A DNA stretch of 64,000 nucleotides, taken from contig CDMY01000246.1 of assembly GCA_001179505.1 (NCBI GenBank), positions 86,265 to 150,264 of the forward strand, in the 5' to 3' direction. The position numbers and the translations under genes were made by a program. The notes below the pieces were generated by a model. That model had not been told where the DNA came from, did no database searches, and saw only the letters and a list, made by a program, of their open reading frames with translations. This DNA is from Vitrella brassicaformis CCMP3155 (lineage: Eukaryota > Protista > Chromerida). Below are positions 47,923-60,952 of the stretch, in pieces (position 1 is the first letter of the stretch; every line of letters starts with the position of its first letter).

Positions 47923-50065
47923 ATGTTGCTGAGGTGTGCTTGCCCCCTTCTGGCCGTCTCTTCGCTTCTCCAATGCGGAGCACTCTCCCGCAGTCTCCAC
48001 ACCTCGCCCGGCGGCGCGATGGAGGCCGCCTTCTCGATGTCTGTGGCTCAGAAGGACAAGCGGGCAAAGCCATCGCCCCAGGCGCGTCGCCAGCTGGACC
48101 CTTCGCCGCATGACAGGGGAGTTCAAGGAGCGCTGGGACCGTCGCTGACGAGCCTGGACAGCCAGCGAGATCTGCGGCTGATCTACAACCGGCTGCAGCC
48201 GGAAACGCAGCCCAAGACAGATCCCCTCGACGCCCTCTTTGGCAAGGCGATGGCCATCACGCGGGAGGAATTTGTCAAAGTAAGTGAGTCAAACGACGCT
48301 ATCTATGACGCTATGGTTGCCTGCACCTGACTGTTGTCATGTGGTGCAGCTGGTTCCAGGGCTCGAGTACTGCCCGCCTCCCATCCAGGAGGGCGAGCCG
48401 GAGTTCTGGGACGAGGTGGACGAGACCAAGTCGCAGCTGCACATACAGTCGGCCGAGATGCTGCGGGAGGACGGACCCATCAGCACCAAGGCTCTCAACG
48501 GCGTATTCGACGCTCTCTCGGGTGGCGCGGAGACCCTCGACAAGGTCACTGTGCAGAAGCGCCTCGCGCAGTGGGGAGCCAAGGGTGAGTGAACTGGGAC
48601 AACCGTGCAGGCAATGAGTTGCATTGCCTGCCAGATCACTCTCCCTGTGTGTGTGCGTGGATGGGCTGCTGCAGGTTCTGATCAGTTTGCTGAGCGGATC
48701 GAGTCGGCGTTGGCTTCGATGAACACGACCTCGCCCATTCTGATCAGCGGGCAGAACGTCTATGTGACGCCGGCGATGCGCAAGTACGTCGACACCAAGA
48801 TCGGCAATGTCATGGAGCGGTTCCACTCGTGGATTATGCAGGTGCGGACACGCCCACACCCACACCCGCAATCACAACAGGGCCTTTGTCCACGTGTGTG
48901 CGTGCTGTGTGTTGGTGTGCAGGTGTCAGTGAAGCTCTACGAGGAGTCGAGGGCTTTGGAGGGGTCGCGCAAGGTGCCGGATCGGTTTGTGTGTGAGGTG
49001 ATTGTCTATCCCAAGGGCAGCCACAGCATCGAGGTCAGGGCCAAGGGCGAAAGCATGTACGCCGCCATCGACGTCGCAGAGACGCAGATAAACAGACAAC
49101 TCAGCAAACACAAGGTGGGCGGGGCGGGGCGGGCTTCGTCAGTGGCCATGGGAGCAGCACAACACACACATGAATGAGTCCCTCTGTGTCTGTCTGTCTG
49201 TCTGTGATGGCCATTTGTAGGAGAAACGATTGCGTGACAGGCTGAAGAGCGGGTCCATTCTCGTCGGCGAGACACCCGGCTCACCCACTGCAGTCGAGAA
49301 TAAGGACCCTGAGAAGGTAGCGTAACAAAGCGGTTAATCGACGACTGAGGCTGGATGAGAGATTGGCCGACCTGGACGTGTGTGTATGTGTGTGTGCAGA
49401 TTGTGGAAGAGTCGGTCATGGAGGATCTGGCAATGAACGAGGTGTATGACGAGGGCATCCCGCCCCCAGGGCCTGTCGATGTGGCCGAGGAGGCAGACGG
49501 CGGCATCAGGGTCTGCACCCCCACCCACCCACCCACCCACATGGCATGGATGTCGAATGAACCCCATATCGCTTGTTCACTGTGTCTGTTTGTCTGTGCT
49601 TGCGATTGATTGCCAGGTCGAGCGAGGCATCCCCCTTGCCGAAGCTGAGAGCATGGTGCGTCCCGTACACCGACACACACACACACACACACAGATGGAC
49701 ACGACACCTTTACGGATCGGATCGTGTGTCGGTGGGTGCGGTGCATGCAATGCAGGGCATGACGTCATGGCCGACATGGAGCTGCGATGCCAGCACTTTC
49801 CCATGGAAATACGACCAGGAAGAGACGTGCTACATTCTCGAAGGTACACACACCCCACCCCCACCCCCACAGACACAGACACACGTGCCATGCACCTCTC
49901 TCTCTGTCTGTGTGTGCAGGTGAGGTCGAGGTGGTGCCGATGACCCCCACTGGGGAGGGCAGGCCCGTCAAGATCACCGCGGGCGACATCGCCATCTTTC
50001 CCAAAGGGCTGGGGTGCACCTGGAAGGTCACCAAGGCCGTCAGGAAGCACTACCAATTCAAGTGA
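47923..50065 (+). CDS. Predicted plastid-targeted protein: unknown helical domain + HPF/YfiA/PSRP1 ribosome hibernation domain + C-terminal Cupin_3 (DUF861)
   Basis: Hydrophobic leader MLLRCACPLLAVSSLLQCGALS followed by AAF. HPF motifs ILISGQNVYVTPAMRKYVDTKIG...FVCEVIVYP...AKGESMYAAIDVAETQINRQLSKHKEK. Cupin GMTSWPTWSCDASTFPWKYDQEETCYILEGEVEV...ITAGDIAIFPKGLGCTWKVTKAVRKHY. Exon phases compatible. Confidence 0.8.
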
Positions 50066-52367
50066 CCCCACCCACCCTGGAAGCCAATCTTGGAGAAGGG
50101 ATTTGTCAACCGACGGGAGAGAGGGAGAGATGGACAGACAGACAGTACACTACCGTGTACGCAACGCATGGCGAGAGAGAGGATAGGGGAGAGGGGCGTG
50201 GGTGGAGTGCAGTGCAGTTGCCGACCTACCACTACTACCAACCACTGAGCTCTTTTTCGGATTGATTGATTGATGTAACATGGCAGGCAGGTCCAGGGGG
50301 TGGGAGACTCACACGAGGGGCAGGGCAACGAACGAACGGTGAGGGGTGCGGTGTGGTGTGAGGCCTTCTTTCTTCTGTGTCTGTCGGTCTGTGTCTGGGA
50401 TGGGAACAAAGTGCGGCCGTGCCGGTGGGTGTTGGGACGGAACGGACAAGACGGAATGGGGTCGTCTTGATTGATACGCTCACTGTAGGCGCTGGTTGAT
50501 ACGATAGACTAGGTGGGCGGGCGTGTGTGTGTGTGTTTTCAGCACACATTAGCTGCTGACTGAGCGTCCAGGCATCAGTAAGTCAGGCTCACATACTGCG
50601 CCTGCTTCTCTGCTCCGTCCGCTCAAAGGGGCTGGCTGGCCAATGTGCTTGATGTGGTGGACGGACGCCAAGCCTGACTTGACGTGTGCGTTGGGTGCCT
50701 GCCTGAATGGACCTACTCAGTGGTGGTTGCTGAATCAAGTGACTGACAAGGGAGGGAGCATTGAATGAGTGAGGCGGGGAGGGGGAAGGGGATGAGTCTC
50801 TGACACACACACACGCGGACACGGCACCTTGTATAAAGACACGGCACACACACACACACACACACTCTCGCACTCAGTGAATGCACCGCTCGGCGAGGAC
50901 AGGACCCCCAGCCGTCGAACCATCCTACAGACAGACAGACATGAGGCCCCCTGCTCGCTCGCATGGATCACAGAATCGGCTTTCCAGGCCATATCATATG
51001 ATATGGCTTCCTGTCTTGCTTGCAACAGATATGGACAGTCAGAGAGAGAGAGTAAGTCAATGTAGGTAGAGAAAGAGTACGAACGATCAACGAGGGAGGC
51101 GACAGACACCAAACGAACCACCACCTGACACAGATAGATCTCATCGCATAAGTAAGGAATGCATTGCATCCGATTCGGTGGCAAAAATGGTCACGAAAAC
51201 ACATACAGAACACAAACAACCCACTAGATGACCACGCCCCCCCGGCCCCTCACAGATGCATCGCATCAGTCCACCATTTACCACACCGCAACACCCACAC
51301 CCACACGCACGCCATGTCACAAGAAGCAAGCAAGAAGGAGGAAGAAGCCATCATCGATGGCCCCACGAGAAGCCCCTCAGCCAGCCAGCCAGCCCAGCCA
51401 GCCTGCGCGAGAAAGGTGTCGAGACAGGCTGAGTAATAGAACCCAGGGAGGCATCCATGCAGGCGAAAGAAGGCCGCACACACACCCACACACACTCGCA
51501 CTCACCGGACGGCCAATGCACTCAGCAGCACACACATACAAATAACACCAAACGATCGATCACTGTCCCTCTCTCCGTCTGTCTGCTGACCTACACACAC
51601 CCGTCCACACACTCAGATGAAACCACACACCCACACACATCACATAGGTCCCTCATGCATTCATTTTCCAAAATACGAAGATACATACAGTCAGCCAGCA
51701 GGCAGCTCTCTGAGTGCATCTCACCTCTCAGCTTACTTACCCCTACGCGTGTGTGTGTGTGTGTGTGTCTACATCCTTCCTGTGTGTGTGAGGGTGTGGG
51801 TCGGTGAAGGTGGGGGTGAGTGTAGTGAGTGTAGTCGATTCGATGTGTGTCATGTGAGCGCGTCGCATCCGCCCGTCTACAAAAACGGGTCGGGCTCATT
51901 GCATTGCGCGAGAGACCTCCCCTCCCTTCCCCTGCCCTGCCACACCATACATACCAACCAACATGCCATGCATCTCTGTCTGAGTGTGTGTCGTCACAGA
52001 AGTACACACACATTACAGACAGACAGACGGACAGATTTCATCCTTCCTTGTACGCCTACGGAAGCCCACACCCCACCCCCGAGCCCACCCACCGGAATGT
52101 CTCGTGTCGATGACATTATGTGTGTGGGGGTATCTTACAGCCAGCTGCCTGTCTGCCTGTCTGTCTGCCTGCCAGCCGGCCAGCTACTGAGCGGACCGAC
52201 CACCAGGCCAGAAACAGTCACCACACCACACCACACCCCCCACCCACCCTCCGGCTCCCTTTATTCAACAGAGGTACCGACCAACAACCAGCAGCGACAA
52301 CACATACAGATGGATAGCTTCACCAGCAAAATCTCCCCTCTCCCTCCCCCCCTCCCCCCACCACTGA

Positions 52368-55300
52368 CTACAGCTCGTCCGTCCTCGTGATGGCCGGCGG
52401 GGTCAGGCTGCCAACGACCGATGAGGCGTCCCTAAAGCCGTCGAAAATGCCGCTGTCAGGGGGCGTGTTGGGCAGCTGAGACGTCAGCACCCTCTCGGGC
52501 GTCACCTCCCTACTGCGGGCCGACGGGCTCCTCAGGAACTGCTGGGCGCGGCTGCCCCACTCCTTGAGCTTGGTCGATAAGCGGTTGCCGCTGATCTGAC
52601 GCGCAGCACCGTGCTGCTGCTCGTTCTTGCCAGGTGGCAGGGAGAGCGACACGGCCTCGGCTGGGAGGGGCGCGGGGGAGGTGACCAAGGACACGGGGGC
52701 GCTCTCGGCCGCTGACACCGGCTGCCCTGACCAGGCAACCAGGTCGCTGTTGCTGAGGCTCTCCTGCATACCGCCTCGGATGCCGAACGTCCTTCTTCCG
52801 CCACTGTTGGCCGTCGTGGCCGTGGCGAGAGCTAGGTTCCCTTGGCTGCCCCCAGGGTCACGCAGCACGAATCTCTGGTGCAGCCTGGCTCGTTCGCTGT
52901 CGACAGGGGGGATGGGGGGGTAGAGAGGGGCTATGGGGTTGGGGCTGGCGCCGGTGCTCTTGTTGCGTGTGACGGGCGTGCCGGCGGCGGCGGCGGCGGC
53001 CATGGCGCTGAAGGAGAGGGGGTAGGGGAGCACCTTGGTCAGGTCCTTGCCGGCATTGCGGGGGGCAGCTGCAGACCAGACAACCCAAACGACGTTTCGT
53101 GAGTGAGTGCTCGTTGGGGGGATGGATGGATGGTGGGCGGGTGCTTACGGTCAATCTTTGGCGGCCACTCGTCTTTGGCTTCGTCGAATTCCATCCAGAA
53201 CTCACTGCACACACACAGACACAGCCGCCGAGACAGCGGATGAACATTGGGTGGGCGGATCGGATCGGTCTTTCGTCCGTGTGTTCGCTGACTGACTCAC
53301 CAGTTTCTGTTGAGGTTTTCGACGCAGTCGTGCTGCACCACCTCCGAGCAGTAAAACTCGTTCATCTGACACACACAGCAGCAGAGAGGAAACAGAGGGC
53401 GTCTATCTGTTGCACACACTGGTGTCTGTGCGTGTGTTGTGTAGGTGGGTGGCTGGCGGACCAGGTCGTAGACGGGCTTGACGATGTACTCGATAAACCC
53501 GACCTGACTCTCCCGCAGATCGAGATTGTTTCGGTCACACAGGGGGCTCACCGGCAGACCCAACTGCACCACATACCACAAACAGCACACCCATGCCCTC
53601 ACTCGGCGTGTCACGTCTGCTCCGTCTGCTCCCTTACGGATTTCTCCTTGTCGCCCTGGTTGTAGAACTCCTCTATGACCCGGGCCGTCCACTGCTTGTG
53701 TAGAGCGAGGGGCTTGGCGGCGTGGGCGATGTCGGCCGCGCGGAGCATCATACCCAGCACCGTGCGAAGGTCAGACAGCTCGTGCACCTTCCAGCCTGCA
53801 GACCAAGACACACACCACACCACACCACAGCAAAGGTGTGTGTGTGTGTGTGTGTGTATTGTGCATTTCACCTCTGGCCATAGAGTTTTTGAATGTGGTG
53901 GTGGTGAGGAAGTGGCGCTCGATGTCTGTGTCGAGGACGGCCTCGATGATGATCTGACGCAGCACCACCTGCTTCTCAACCGGGAAGGCCGACAAGATCT
54001 GCACGATTTCCGAGGAAAAGAACACATTAGAGATATGAGTATCCTGTGGCTGCGTGTCCTGGGTGTGCGTGTGTGGTCGGCTGACGTTGCTCGGTCTGAG
54101 CCGCATGACCATGAAGGCGATGCAGCCTGATGGGAGATGGGAGAGGGGCACAGGGGGAGGGAGAGAGGGAGGGAGGGAGGGGTCAGCTTCGTTTGTTGTG
54201 GCTCGTTTCGTTTCACGTGTGGCGGGGTGGCTTACAGTGGAGGTTCTCGTGGACACACTTGTCGTTGAACAGCAAAGCCTGCATCGTATTGGCGTTCTTG
54301 TGGTAACTGCAGCAGCACACACACACACACACACAATCCACCCTCTCCCCCTCTCCCCCCTCCCTCTCTCCCACTCACTTGTTGGTCCTGCCATTGTGAC
54401 CAACGTCATGTATGGCGGCCGCAATGAGGATGGCAAAGCCATAGGCAGGATCGACGTTCCAGTCGAGGGCCGCACCGCAGACCTGCTCCCGCTCTCTGCT
54501 CTTCTCGTCGATGGGCGAGGCCCCAGCGATGGTCCTCGACCGCCGGGCCGCCAGACAGGCAGTGGACGGCTGGGGACGACAGATGTCGAGGGACCCGACG
54601 TCACCCAGAGAGGTCGTCACAGTGGCGGCAGAACCCCTGCACCACACACAGACAGAGACAAACACACAGACACAGACACATGGGAGTGTGCTTAGTTAGT
54701 TGGGGTGGTGTGTTGGAGTGTCTGACTGACTGACCCTGATGCAGTGGCGCTCGCTGTGGTGGACGAGGTCAGCGGTGAGTTGAGTTGCATGACGGCAGGC
54801 GATGTGTGTGGTGGTGGTGGGTTGAGTGGGGTTGCGGGGCATGACGCCGCCGTGGGAAACCCCCCGTTTTGGTTCAACAAATCGCACGACCGATCGAATT
54901 GGCGGAGGAAGTAATAAGTCGAATTCAGCACGTCCGCACCTACAGGCAGGCAATGACATACGGTGTCGTCGACAGTTTCTCATGTGTGGGCGCGCGCGCG
55001 CGTGTGTGTGGTTGGTTGGTACCGTGAATTGCGTTGTGGTAGAAGTTTTGTCTGTATCTGACTTCGATGTTGCTGAGGAAGTTGGAGAGCTTGTCGTGGC
55101 TCACACCCAGCTTGTCGGCCCACGGCCGCAGCAACCAGTAGCCAGCGTGGCACAACGCACGGCCGCCGGATGCTGCACATCACACACACACACACACACA
55201 CTCTATGTCAGGTGGGGGGTGCGTCTGCCATGGCCATGTGTCTGTGTGTGTGATTGTGTCAAGTACCCTTGTCAACTTCGAACAAGTCAGCCTGCCATGT

Positions 55301-56465
55301 GCCGAGCTGGGAGTAGGTCGACTCGTCCTGACGCGCCGACACGACCGACCAACACGCAACAGACGTCACTCATTGCACAGCTGTTATGTGCCGTCATCCC
55401 CTTCCCCCTTCCCCTCCCCGTCGGCGTACCTCTGTTCTCATCCTCGGGATGCTCACATCAGGCTCCCTCTCTGCCAACACACGCAGAGCAGACACACACC
55501 CCAATCACAAACCCAGGCGGAATCTGCCGTGTGCCTCACTCCCTCCCTCGTGTGACCACCGGACCTCTATAGTGCAGCGGACAGATGAGGTGCTCCAGCA
55601 GCTGGTGCTCCGTGTCGAACTCAAACGACCCCCGACTGGTCGCCACACTCGTCCCCCGGCTCCCAGCGTCGCTCCCAGCGGTGGCCCCAGCGGTGCTGCC
55701 GTCTGTCGTGCCGCCCGCGGGCATGCTGTTCGAGTGCGAAGGCTGCCCGCCAGTGGACTGGTTGGGCGTGATGTCGGTGTCGGACCGCTCGGAGGTCTCC
55801 ACTAGGGTGGGCAGACGGCTGGTCGTCTGACGGCTGCGCTCTGTGTACTCATTCAGGAAACTGACACACACACACACACACGGGGGAGGGAGGGAGGGCG
55901 TGTATGCGTGTGTGGTTGGGGCGTTCATGCCTGCGTGTTTACCGAATCATGTTGGATGAGCGCGAGAGGCCGGGAATTCCCCCAGCGGACCGCGACAGCT
56001 CCGCAGAGATGTCAACACTGAACGCGAAGACGCACACAGAAACGAAGCCGCATCAGCATCAGCAGTTGTCCTCCCTCCCACTGTGTGTCAATCTGTTTGT
56101 TCATCATGGGTACCTGAAGAGGTTCTCGCCAGATCGAAGGTCGTCGATACTCGACGTGAGCGATTCGACGAACTTCTGCCAGTCGAGCGCGGTGACGAGC
56201 TCGTGGAGCGGCTCCTGGCTGCCGTTGGACGGCACGCCCTCATGGTGGCCACCGATGTGCGCTATCTGAATGACCACGGAGACGGAGGGAGGGAGGAAGG
56301 GAGGTGGCAATGATGCTCTCCGTCTGTTGGTTTGCTGGTGCGCGTGCGTGAGCTGCCTGCTGACCTTGACGGCTTCCTCCAGCCCGACTTTGACGTAGTT
56401 GAGCTTCTCCAGAATGTTCTCAAAGCGAGTCTGGAAGTGCTTCTGCTGCCTGATTGACACAGCCA

Positions 56466-56497
<32 letters not shown>

Positions 56498-58226
56498 AAA
56501 GGGTCAGCGGCCATCCATCCATCCATCCATCCATTCGGCTCACTTTCTTGACTCCATCTTGTGCAGCTTGTGTGTGAGGTACTGGACGCGTTTGTTGAGC
56601 GACGACCGCTCTATGGCGTGGTTGGCCTTGTCGCGCTCGTGCCGCTCCTGCGTCTCACACAGGTGCTCGTTGAGAGCGTGCACCTGGTACGTCCCCAGCA
56701 CAAGCAGCCCGACCGAAAACAGCATAAACGTCACATCACCTGAACACACACACACACACGGACACACACATTCATGTCGGCTGCTACATAGATGGCAACA
56801 CACACAGACACACACATGCCGGCCGTCACACATACACCCACATCCATCCATCCATCCAGTCTGTTCTTACGGGGCAGCTCGGCTATCTGCTTAGCAAGCA
56901 TGTCAGCTATCTGCTTACGCAGCAGTTCCTGCTCCTCCCACAGCAGCCGGCTCTTCCCGTGGATGTAGGCAGCCACATAGATGACCGCCCAGCTCACCAC
57001 CATCCACCCACACAGGTACAACGACAGCCGCTTCTCGAGCTGAAAGGCCAGCACGGCTCCGAACATGAGCACGACGCAGAGGAAGATGGCGGTGCTGTCG
57101 GAGGTGTCGGGCCTGAAGTCCTGGTCGGGGACGGTGTCGAAGAAGATGACAAGGCGGTTCTGCTCCACCATGAAGATAAAGGGGAAATGCAACACGTATA
57201 ACGATGTCAACACCTGATCATATCAGACACACACCCAACCGCACACAGACATGGAAAGAGGAAGACGCTTCTCTCTCTCTCTCTCTCTCTGTGGCGTGTG
57301 CGTGTGTGTGTGTGTCTGTGTGACTGACGATACCATGGAAGATTTCCGTCTGAAGCATTCTTTCGCCCAGTCGGCCTTCCACAGCATGCAGAGAATCCAC
57401 CCAAGGATGATGGCGATGAGTATGGCGCGGTACATGAGCACGAAGTAGAGGATGTCGATGCTGTCCCACTTGACGTAATACCAGTAGATGTCGAACCCCA
57501 TCCACACCAGGTTGAACACCAGGTACACCCAAGGGATCAGACGCCGCCACCGAGAACGGTTCTGGAGCAGAAACTCCTTCTTGTTTTGGTCACGATTCAC
57601 GCGAAACGCTGAAAAGGGACAGACAGATGGACACACACACACGTTGCACAAACGGTCTCTGCCACAGCTCTTGTGAAGGCATTCTGGAATCTGCGCTCAC
57701 TGGAGTCAAAAATCCTCATTGCCGCGACTATAGACCTGGACCTTCTTGGCGCATTCCTCTGCTCGGAGGAGGGCGTGACCTCCAGCTGCCCAAAGTCCGA
57801 TATATAGCTGATCGAGTGCTGCAGGTTGACGGTCGAGGGGGCTATCGACAAATCGCTGACAGGGATGTTCTGCTGCGACTGCGACTGAAAGGGCTGGGAG
57901 GGGGGCGGGTGCAGCGCCACCACAGGCGCAGAGCGGTGAGAGCTGCGGGGGGACGACCTGCTGGGCGAGCCGGGGGACTCGTCGCGGTGGTGTCTGCTGT
58001 CATGATGGTGCTGATGGTTGGCAGGCTGGGAGTGGGAGTGGCCGGAGTGGCCTGAAGAAGACTTGGGTGGTCTGAGGTGTGTGTTGGTGGGGTCGCTGGC
58101 CGACGGGGGGATCTGTGTGTTGTTGCCCATCACCTCGTCATGGTTGTCCATGCTGAACGACACGCGACGCTCGGACTTGCTCGGCTGCGGGGGCGGGTGG
58201 TTGCGGTGGGGGTGATTCTCACTCAT
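52368..58226 (-). CDS. Membrane-anchored class I cyclic-nucleotide phosphodiesterase
   Basis: Several hydrophobic segments (57223-57600, 56900-57200, 56600-56740), then YHNAIHGADVLNSTYYFL, AAAIHDVGHNGRTN, HENLH, VLDTDIERHF, MLRAADIAHAAKP, WTARVIEEFYNQGDKEK, SQVGFIEYIVKP. First in-frame ATG MSENHPH at 58226. Confidence 0.92.
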
Positions 58227-58710
58227 CGGGCGAGGCCGAGCCACGATGGGATCCGATAAAGCTGATGCCGATGGGATGGCTGGCAAGGGTGCGGCGCATG
58301 CCACACGCGCACAGCCGAGGAACGTCCCAAAACCCTTCCTGGACTCTGAGCTGATCTCGGCAGCTGAGTGCGGCGCTGGCAGCGGCGGATCTACGACCGC
58401 TCCTCCAGCGGCCTTGGCAACGCCATCTGCTGATTGTAGGTGCTGATCTTCGTTCTCGAGTGAATGTGCTCGCGGATCTCCAGATTCCCGAATAACACGA
58501 ATCGTGGTTGGCTACGTGTTGAGGTCGGTACGCCACAGTCACTGACGCAACAGCATCCTTCTGCGCGCCACTTTTTTCCTTCGCCGATCGCGCAAGAAAA
58601 GCGCGCACTGTCCAAGAGGAGTCTTTTGGCTTTGTCGTGGCTGTGGTTGTTGGGGCGAGCCTGATGAGCCACCTGTGAAGTTTTGGTTGTTTCTGGTTGC
58701 GTGAGTCGGG

Positions 58711-59783
58711 ATGTCGTCTTCGGCCAGCAGCAGCACGACGCCTCACAGCGCGAATCTGCGGCTGCTCGCTGACTTCAGATCGCTGCAGAGTGATGCGCCA
58801 GAAGGCATCTCCGCCAGGTGAGCAGACACAGACGAGGGGCGACACAGAGGGAAAGGTGGACGTGTGTGGCTCCTGGCTGATGTGTGTGCCCTCCCTTGCT
58901 GGTTATCCCCGGCGGCCTCAGTCCTGTCAGGTGGGCAGGGGAGGCCGAGGATGGGATGCTTGTGATGTGCACGGAGAGAACTGCGACATTCTGTTTGTTT
59001 CGTGTGGTGTGACTGACTGACATTCAGTGATGATAATATGTTCATCTGGGAGGCTACGATTGTTGGGCCGGACGAGACGCCATGGGAAGGTGCGCAAGGC
59101 AAATGATCACACACACGGCCAGCCACATGGTGCAGGGCCATCAGTGACCATTCTCTTCCGTGTCCGTCTCTGTGCTCCTGCCTGTTCAGGCGGCATCTTT
59201 TCGTTGACGATTCGCATTCCTCCCAACTACCCCGACCGGCCGCCGAACGTCAGGTTCACCACAGAGATGTTCCATCCCAACGGTATACAAAGAGGAGCCG
59301 CCAGAGACGAGAGTGGCGCGGATGCGTTGTGTGCCGTGTGCCGTGTGTTGTGTGTTGTGTTCAGTGTTTGAGGACGGCAATTTGTGTCTGGACATCATTC
59401 AGGACCAGTGGAAGCCCATCTACACCATCGGCACCGTACTCACCTCAATACAGGTAGGTATACAGACACCGACACTCACACACGCAGAGGGCGTACGAAT
59501 TTGATGATGTGTGCTGTGTGGTTTGTTGTGTCCCCCGCCCGTTCATCCACACATCCATCCATCAGTCTCTGTTGACTGACCCGAACTGTTCGTCGCCGGC
59601 GAACACGGAGGCAGCGAAACTCTTCCAGAAGGACCCAAAGGAGTAAGACACTCACACACAACACACCACCCACAATGACCGTGTGTGCACATGTGCTGTG
59701 TCTGCGTTGGTGCCTGTGTGTGTGTGTGTGTCAGGTACGCCAGGAAGGTCCGGAAGTGTGCTCAGAAGAGCGTGGGCATGTAG
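58711..59783 (+). CDS. UBC2: Ubiquitin-conjugating enzyme E2, RAD6/UBC2-like
   Basis: [47 protein letters not shown]...[38 protein letters not shown]...[20 protein letters not shown]...YARKVR. Active-site Cys present. Confidence 0.9.
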
Positions 59784-59795
59784 ACAAACCTGGGG

Positions 59796-60095
59796 NNNNN
59801 NNNNNNNNNNNNNNNNNNNNNNNNNNNNNNNNNNNNNNNNNNNNNNNNNNNNNNNNNNNNNNNNNNNNNNNNNNNNNNNNNNNNNNNNNNNNNNNNNNNN
59901 NNNNNNNNNNNNNNNNNNNNNNNNNNNNNNNNNNNNNNNNNNNNNNNNNNNNNNNNNNNNNNNNNNNNNNNNNNNNNNNNNNNNNNNNNNNNNNNNNNNN
60001 NNNNNNNNNNNNNNNNNNNNNNNNNNNNNNNNNNNNNNNNNNNNNNNNNNNNNNNNNNNNNNNNNNNNNNNNNNNNNNNNNNNNNNNNNNNNNNN
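59796..60095. other. Assembly gap (300 N)
   Basis: Run of N. Confidence 1.
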
Positions 60096-60952
60096 ATCGT
60101 GGCTGCGTGGCATGCATGGCTTGCCCACGCACTTTCTCTCTCTCTCCCTATTCTATCTATTGTGTGTGATGCATGTGTGGATTGGATCATACATGGCGGG
60201 GGGGAGGACTCTGCATCGATTGCCTGTCTGTTTGCCTGTCTGTCTGAGCTGCCTGGTTAAGCGAACACGGGTGTGCCCCCCTGTTTGCCATGTTGTTATG
60301 CGCGAATGAGTGTACCATAGAGGCATGATGTGATGACACATTCCACGCAGCTCCTGTGCCTCCCTCCTGCCTGCCCCCTGCAACACAGAGGGCTGGAGTG
60401 GGATGGGGGGCAGGGACTGTCATGGATGGACGATTGGATGAGTGAAGGGGCGTGCAGCTGCCTCTGACCTTCTATGTGACGGCAGGCAGACAGACAGACA
60501 GACAGACAGACAGCCGGATGACCGAGACCGAGACCAGCGAGGCAGGGGAGAGTGCTGTCTCTGGTGACGTCGATAAGTTGAATCGTCGATAAAGGACATC
60601 TCTGATGTCTTTTTTCCTGTCTCTGCCCAGAAATGAATGAGTGGATCGATGGATATGATGGATGGACCCTCGGCAGGTGGCGTGGCCCTCAAGTTTCATT
60701 CGCAAGTTTGATTGCTACAATGTGTGTTGCAAATTCGCGAAATAATAGCAAAACCATGTCATCGTCACGCACGACACCAATGGACACACACGGTCGGTCT
60801 GGAGGGTCACCGTCAGCTGCACAAAGGCTAGCTTCCCACAGGGGGCTCGGCCTTGTGTCTACGCACAGCCGCCGCTGTGTCTGTATCATCTGCACACAAC
60901 AGACACCGACATAACCGTGACTGACAAAGAAGAGAGTGCATCGTTGGTTCTC

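Noticed and set aside
50830-51550. Short ORFs between HPF-cupin and PDE (e.g. MSQEASKKEEEAIIDG)
   Set aside because: Embedded in simple repeats with no homology cues; likely UTR or intergenic.
58227-58304. GTG-initiated N-terminal extension of the PDE
   Set aside because: Alternative-start artefact of the ORF track; the first in-frame ATG at 58226 is preferred.
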